From the NCBI RefSeq assembly GCF_036365525.1, contig NC_090373.1, forward strand, positions 52,543,339-52,607,338: a stretch of DNA of 64,000 nt, written 5' to 3'. The notes below the pieces were generated by a model that saw nothing but the letters and a program-made list of their open reading frames with translations, had not been told where the DNA came from and searched no databases. Numbering within the stretch: position 1 is the first letter of the stretch; each line of letters opens with the position of its first letter. Of this stretch, positions 63,335 to 64,000 are shown in pieces. Source of the DNA: Heterodontus francisci. Taxonomy: Eukaryota. The position numbers and the translations under genes are program-made.

Positions 63335-63920
63335 GCTCCACGCATTACCAGTGACTATGAAAGTGACCATCACCTTTTGCCTCCCATTCCTTCCAGAGCT
63401 CTGTCAAAGACATATCCAGGATCTCTTAGTTGACTGCACACAAATGCATAAGGCAGGTCACATTATGTTCGCCATGGCCAGCAATTACATCAACTTCACC
63501 TGCAATGATGCCATTCAAAAAGAATATGCTCTCAGATATGCGTCTCCACAGGTGCAGGGCATCGTCAACCGCACATACGTGGGTTCCATTCCATCAGCGT
63601 TCAGCTGCTGTGCAACCACGAGAAAAGGATTATGCAGGTGTGTGCCAGATTGGCAGGGAACTGCCGTTATGTTTTTATCCTGTGGCAGTCCAAGCTCCCT
63701 GACCTCTTTGGACCTGCATGCAGACACAAGGGGCTGTTGCTAGGAAACAAAGGATACCCCTTCAAACTTGGATGATAACTCCCATCAGAAACCCCACCAA
63801 TGAAACCCAAGAGTGGTACGACAGCCACATGACAAACAGATATGTCACTGCATAAGGTCAATATGTGCTTAGGTGCCTGGAAAGATCTGGAGGTGTGCTC
63901 TTCAGTACTCACCAGCTGAG
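63335..63920 (+). pseudogene. Second Harbinger transposase fragment, opposite orientation
   Basis: ALPVTMKVT; AHKCIRQVT; SNYINF...PQVQGIVNRTYV; LLGNKGYP. Confidence 0.75.
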
Positions 63921-64000
63921 GACTGCAGAATGCTCCTGGTTTCCATAGGTTTAGCAGAATATCCTGGATTTCCTCCTTTATGCCTCTACTTACAAAGCCA

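Overview
This is eukaryotic, repeat-saturated vertebrate DNA, most consistent with a cartilaginous fish (shark or ray). The inference rests on HE1-type V-SINEs, SacSINE1-like Deu-SINEs, many CR1 LINEs, L2 and RTE LINEs, Penelope-like elements, PIF/Harbinger elements and solo LTRs. Most of the window is decayed and often nested transposable elements, and most supplied ORFs are TE fragments or antisense shadows of them. One well-supported host exon lies on the minus strand (56921-57074), so much of the window may be intron of an unidentified gene. I see no prokaryotic system and no CRISPR array. The most notable items are: (i) five minimal hammerhead-ribozyme motifs in Penelope-like termini, with stem-II covariation; (ii) one core-intact hammerhead inside an inverted-repeat Penelope insertion about 30-50 nt upstream of the host splice acceptor; (iii) an ORF1-less LINE whose 5' end is a tRNA head plus a MetaSINE-like domain; (iv) several TSD-resolved nesting series. 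Family names come from motif recognition, not database searches, and boundaries are approximate unless a TSD is quoted.
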